Shown: piece by piece, positions 36,905-41,666 of the stretch
Position numbering within the stretch: position 1 is the first letter of the stretch
How the letters are laid out: every line of letters starts with the position of its first letter
NCBI RefSeq assembly: GCF_001194135.2
Contig: NC_068988.1
Coordinates: forward strand, 91,056,371-91,098,036
Direction of reading: 5' to 3'
Source: Octopus bimaculoides
Lineage: Eukaryota
DNA length: 41,666 bases
Notes under the pieces: model-generated
Told to the model about the DNA's origin: nothing
Databases searched by the model: none
Seen by the model: the letters and a program-made list of their open reading frames with translations, nothing else
Translations under genes and position numbers: made by a program

Positions 36905-37245
36905 TAACGTCAGGTTGAACAATATTGCAGAACTGATGCAAAACGGGGAAATTATTATATACTTCAATGATATTCTCATGGAATATATCAGCAATATAGC
37001 GTTTGACCACCACCTTTCTGAATTGCTTCAAAAACACGCGATATTATACTCCCAATCAGCTTCTACAGCAGGTCAAGTGGAAACTCTTCCCAGGCCTTCT
37101 TTATTGCCGTTTCAAGTTCATCAAGAGATGAATAGTGCTTGCCTTCGCTGTACACAACCTTCGTGAGATATCCCCAGGCATTCTCCGTTAGATTAAGGTC
37201 GGAACTTCTTGCTGGCCATCGGCATGACTTCAACTCCGATTGCAG
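36905..37245 (-). mobile_element. Tc1 transposase 3' fragment
   Basis: WPARSSDLNLTENAWGYL...YSSLDELETAIKKAWEEF...RVFEAIQKGGGQTLY. Confidence 0.85.
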
Positions 37246-37439
37246 GGAGGAAATCCAAAGTTGCCTTTGCTTTATGAATACGAGCGTTGTCCTATAGAAA
37301 TATGAAGTTCTCGCTACAGAGCCTTCCTTCTTCGACGCTGTGAGCCCTACCAAACATATCGATGCTTTAACTGCCTGACTTCTGCCTTTTAAAAAGTCAT
37401 GCAGTTAGTCTCCTAGTTATCCTACAATACCAATGTATA

Positions 37440-37690
37440 AAATACAATTTGTGATATATCATCCCATGATCAACTTTGTCAAAGGCCTTGGCAAAGTCGA
37501 GCTATATCAAGTCCACATTTGAGTGGTTCAGCTACTGTTTCAGTACCCAGTCATAATGCTGTAGTGGCTGTATGAGACAGCTCCTTCCTGGACGGAAACC
37601 ATGCGTTCTATGGCCTTGCTAACATGTGAAGTTAGAAAGCCTGTAATTTTAGCACCTGCTCGTTTTCTTCCTTCCATGGACAGAGCATAT
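37440..37690 (-). mobile_element. CR1/L2-clade RT fragment
   Basis: HGFRPGRSCLIQ...LDFAKAFDKVDHG. Confidence 0.85.
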
Positions 37691-37818
37691 TATACCTTCT
37701 TTCTTGAGAACAAGAGGAAACACCTGGGATAAAGTGTCGTTGAGAAGGTCACAGAATGTGTGACAAAGGAGCTTAGACAAAGGACACTAAAATAATAATG
37801 ATAATGATAATAATAATA

Positions 37819-37869
<51 letters not shown>

Positions 37870-37904
37870 AACCAAAGAAATAAATTTCATATTTCTATAG
37901 GTCA

Positions 37905-38090
37905 ACGCTCCCATTCATAAAGCAAAGACAACTTTGAATTTCCTCCCTGCATTCGGGGTTGATGTCATGCCCATGGCTAGCAAGAAGTCCCGACCTTAAT
38001 CTAATAGAGAATGACTGAGTATATCTCACGAAGGTTGTGTACAACGAAGGCAAGCAATATCCATCCGTTGATGAACTTGAAACGGCATGG
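37905..38090 (+). mobile_element. Second fragment of the same Tc1 family, opposite orientation
   Basis: NAPIHKAKTT...WLARSPDLNLIEN...YPSVDELETA. Confidence 0.85.
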
Positions 38091-39595
38091 GTTTACCAAA
38101 GAAATAAACATGAAATATGGTTTAGAAAAATGTGCCAAAGCAATTTTGAAAAGAGAAAAATGAGTTAAGAGTAACAACATCACACTAGACAAAGCAAATG
38201 AAATAAGAGAATTAGCCCAAAGCCAAACATACAAATACTTAGGAATAAATGAACTAGACACGATACAACACACACAAATGAAAGAGAGGATAAGAAAAGA
38301 ATACTATAGAGGAGCTAGATTAATACTGAGAACAGCTCAATGCCAAAAACAAGATAATAGGTCTCAACACTCTAGCCGTCTCAGTTATACCTTACAGCTG
38401 CAATATTCTTGACTGGACTCTAAATAAACTAACCAAAATAGACAGGAAAACAAGAAAAATAATGACAAAATTTAGGATGCACCACCCAAAATCTGACGTA
38501 GAAAGGTTATATATACAACGAATCTAAGATGGACTACAGAAATGCCTACTTCAGAAGCAAGGAAACTAATAAAAATAGCAACAAAGCACGAACAAAACAA
38601 AAACCTGTTTTCAGTCTTTAAGGAAGCTGACAAATACAAAAAGAAGTCATAGTATCTAACAACTATGAAGAAAAAGAAGAAACAACAAAACCTGTAAAAC
38701 AAGCTGAATTCCAAGCTAGAACTGGAACTCCAACGGACCATGATAAAATGATGGCAAAAAATAAGCCTCTTCAAGGCAAATATTGGGTTAAACTAAACAG
38801 AAAAGAAATAGACAAAGCAAAATCCCAATAATGGCTGAGAAGCTCAGGACGCAAAGCAGAGATTGAAGGATTTTTAATTGCAGCACAAGATCAAAGTCTT
38901 CCCACTAGAAATTACCAAAGCATGTAATGAAAGGAAATACAAGTAACTGCAGAATATGAGGGGTGGAGAAGAAAAAATGCATCATATTGTCTCTGGCTGC
39001 CCAATCCTGGCAAAGAAGGAATATATTCATAGATATGAGAGAGTTGGGACCTATATACACTGGAAGCTATGACAATACTATGGAATAACAACAGAAAAAA
39101 ATGGTATAGGCAAACGCCAGAAAAGGTCACAGAAAATGAGAAAGCAACCATACTCTGGGATATGCCAATACACACAGCTAAAGAAATTAAGGCCAATAGG
39201 CCGGATGTTGTTATCAGAGATCACAAAAAAAAATGCTTTCTAATGATGTATCAATACCAACAGATGACTATGTTTCTCTAAAAGAAACGGACAAACTTTT
39301 AAAGTACAAAGATCTGGAAATAGAGGTAACTCCAATGTGGAATCTAAAAACAGAAACAATTCCTATCATGGTAGGCGCATTAGGTATGGTAAAAAAAAGA
39401 TTCATGCAAATACATAACAAAATTACCAGGAGTAACAAGTGTATATAACATACAGAAAATAGCACTACTAGGCACCGCACACACCCTACGTAAAGCACGT
39501 TCAATACAGTAAAAAAGGTACACAAAGCTGTGCTCAGTGGTGCAGTGAAAGCATGTGATAAAAATAAGACAACTGAATAACAACAACTACTACAA
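38090..39595 (+). mobile_element. R4/Dong-like LINE 3' half (RT thumb, zinc knuckle, RLE, 3' UTR), decayed
   Basis: MKYGLEKCAK, YKYLGINE, MHHPKSDVERLY, AAQDQSLPTRNY, KATILWDMPIHT..KANRPDVVI, ETIPIMVGALG; AAC/AAT tail. Confidence 0.9.
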
Positions 39596-39624
39596 CGACA
39601 ATAATAATAATAATAATATAATAC

Positions 39625-40110
39625 AAAAGGAAACACGATAGCGTGGCTAAGTTTTATCCACAGGAGGCTATGTGAAAAGTACGGCCTGAACAGAGCACGG
39701 AAATGGTACGAATATGAACCAGAAGTAGTCACCGAGCACAGGGTACTAAGATACTGTAAGATTTTTCAATCCAATGTAACTCCCTAATCGAGGTTCGGAG
39801 ACCAGATATTGTTGTGATAGATAAAGGAAAAATAGAAACCAAGATCATAGATATGCAGATGCACGCATAAGTGACAGATAACTAGGAAAGACTGAAAAGT
39901 ACAGACCACTAAAAGACGAAATTGCAAGAATGTGGACTATGAGGAGAGTGTCTGTCATTCCAGGAGTTATAGGGGTACTCGGAGTACTAACAACCAAGTT
40001 GGAGAAATTTGTGAAAGAAATCGGAATTGACATGAGAAGGAAGCAAGGCCAAAAAACTGATCTGCTGGGAACAGCTAGGATTTTGAGATTGGTACTTGGA
40101 TGTTGAATGT
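39625..40110 (+). mobile_element. 3' RLE fragment of another R4/Dong-like LINE subfamily
   Basis: RRPDIVVIDKG, KYRPLKDEIARMW, VIPGVIGVLG, LLGTARILRLVL. Confidence 0.85.
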
Positions 40111-40512
40111 TTCCCACGATAATTAACAACCAACTATCAACGCTTACAGGCTGCTGTCCCCTCTCACAGTATCTAACAGAACAAACAAAACTGAACGTTA
40201 TGAGAAGTAAAGCAATAATAATAATGAAGCTGAAATGGAAAGCAAATATGTAGTGCGTGTGTTTGATTGGCAAAAATATGACTATCCTCAAATAAAACTA
40301 TATCTGTCTGTTTGTCTATCTATCTATCTATCTATCTATCTCTCTGTCTCTCTGTCTGTCTGTATCTATATCTATATATCTATATCTATATCTATATCTA
40401 TATCTATATCTANNNNNNNNNNNNNNNNNNNNNNNNNNNNNNNNNNNNNNNNNNNNNNNNNNNNNNNNNNNNNNNNNNNNNNNNNNNNNNNNNNNNNNNN
40501 NNNNNNNNNNNN

Positions 40513-40547
40513 CTTTAACCCGGGCAAAGCCGGGTATTTCTGCTAGT
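40513..40547 (+). mobile_element. Helitron 3' terminus; body hidden in the adjacent gap
   Basis: Hairpin ACCCGG-GCAAAG-CCGGGT, then ATTTCTG-CTAG|T; (ATCTAT)n on the other side of the gap. Confidence 0.8.
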
Positions 40548-40688
40548 ATATATATATATATCATTCCTTCTTTATAATATTTTTATAATGCCTGTTCCTA
40601 TATCTGTTTTTATGAACTTCTCCCTCGCTACAACTACTTTTATTTAATTTGACTCCGTAATGTCTCATCAGCTACAGAACGTATGGCT

Positions 40689-40915
40689 AACGCGGTGAGC
40701 TGCCAGAATCGTTAGCACGCTGGACAAAATATTTAGCGGTATTTCGTACTTCTTTACTTTCTGAATTCAAATACTAACGCCGTCGAGGTTCACTTTGGCT
40801 TGCATCCTTTCAAGATCTATGAAATAAGTACCAGATGAACACTGAGGTTGATATAATAGACATAAACACCCAACTGAAATTCCAGGCCTTGTGCCAAAAT
40901 TTGAAACCATAACTA
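40689..40915 (+). mobile_element. tRNA-derived SINE (third family)
   Basis: GCGGTGAGCTGCCAGAATCGTTAGCACGCTGGACAAAAT...; the same head occurs as a stub at ~3077-3107. Confidence 0.8.
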
Positions 40916-40978
40916 TTATTATAGTTTTCTTTATATCTATATCTTATCACATAATATCTATCTATCTATCTATCTATC

Positions 40979-41059
<81 letters not shown>

Positions 41060-41254
41060 AATATATGTACATAGGTCTATTTATTTGTTATTATTATTGT
41101 TATTGTTGTTGTAATAAAGTATTTTCAACGGATCAATTTTGAGCTCTATTTAAAGTTGATATATATATATATATATATATATATAGGGAATTTTGGGAGC
41201 ACTCTTATGACTGCTTGATGTAAAACCATGCTAATTGGTATTTAAATTTTTTTT

Positions 41255-41445
41255 ATTTGTTTCAGATTTTGCTTCGTGGCTACGCTAGAGCAACGCTTTG
41301 AAGGGTTTAGGCAAACAAATCGATCACAGTAAAGTCTACCGTTATCTTTGGCTAACGGTTAAATTACAGGAATATACACACACCAACACCCGTTATCAAG
41401 CAGAGGTGGGGTGGGGACAATCTCAAAGACCCACACACGTATTTA
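41255..41445 (-). mobile_element. Old CORE-type SINE 3' fragment
   Basis: Degenerate match to the antisense 3' half of 30494-30920 (GCTAGAGCAACGCTTTGAAGGGTTT; CACACCAACACCCGTTATCAAGC). Confidence 0.55.
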
Positions 41446-41666
41446 CCGGTATATCTCAACAAGTTGTTTCGAGGTACATCGTTTTTATAAAGAAATTCAT
41501 TGTAAAATCTTCATCCTATGTTGATTTATCTGACGTAACGTTTGTCTCAAAGAACATACTTACAAGCATAGAATTTGTTAAAGAAAAAAAAACATGCAAA
41601 TCAATGCTTAAGTGGAAAATCAAATAAAGTGCATGTGAAAATATAAATAAACAATTATATATTAAT

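Noticed and set aside
36705-37166. ORFs after the TIR exon as the possible second half of the TIR
   Set aside because: No TIR box 2/3 or WCxxE motif; the region is partly the 3' end of an antisense Tc1.
41256-41330. Strong-looking acceptor TTTGTTTCAG| as the next TIR exon
   Set aside because: All frames lack TIR motifs and reach stops; the sequence is an old antisense CORE-SINE. The remaining TIR exon(s) are probably beyond the window or in the gap at 40413-40512.

Overview
Eukaryotic, AT-rich, microsatellite- and transposon-dense scaffold with many N-gaps. The repeat complement (tRNA-derived and CORE-type SINEs, R4/Dong-like LINEs, Helitrons, Tc1/mariner) looks like an octopus/cephalopod genome; this is an inference. 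Most ORFs in the supplied track are microsatellite or N-run artefacts. One host gene can be read by hand on the + strand across about 23 kb. It has three coding exons joined by phase-1 GT-AG introns: 13091-13834 (signal peptide, Asn/Asp-rich stretch, EGF-like modules, one assembly gap), 23225-23380 (transmembrane helix with basic stop-transfer) and 36259-36402 (first half of a TIR domain, YDVFISY...CIHFRDFVPGE). This predicts a type I EGF-TM-TIR receptor with no LRR or Ig ectodomain visible; I could not find the rest of the TIR inside the window. The ORF track misses exons 2 and 3 in their coding frame. The remainder is decayed and nested mobile DNA: two Helitron RepHel remnants plus a third Helitron 3' end, a full-length dead Tc1, mariner pieces and MITEs, a 58-bp piggyBac-like MITE, two long-TIR foldback elements, and RTE, CR1-like, L1/Tx1, Penelope-like and RLE-type LINE fragments. 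A degenerate hammerhead ribozyme candidate and several local rearrangements are also present. No CRISPR array, rRNA or genuine tRNA gene was found.
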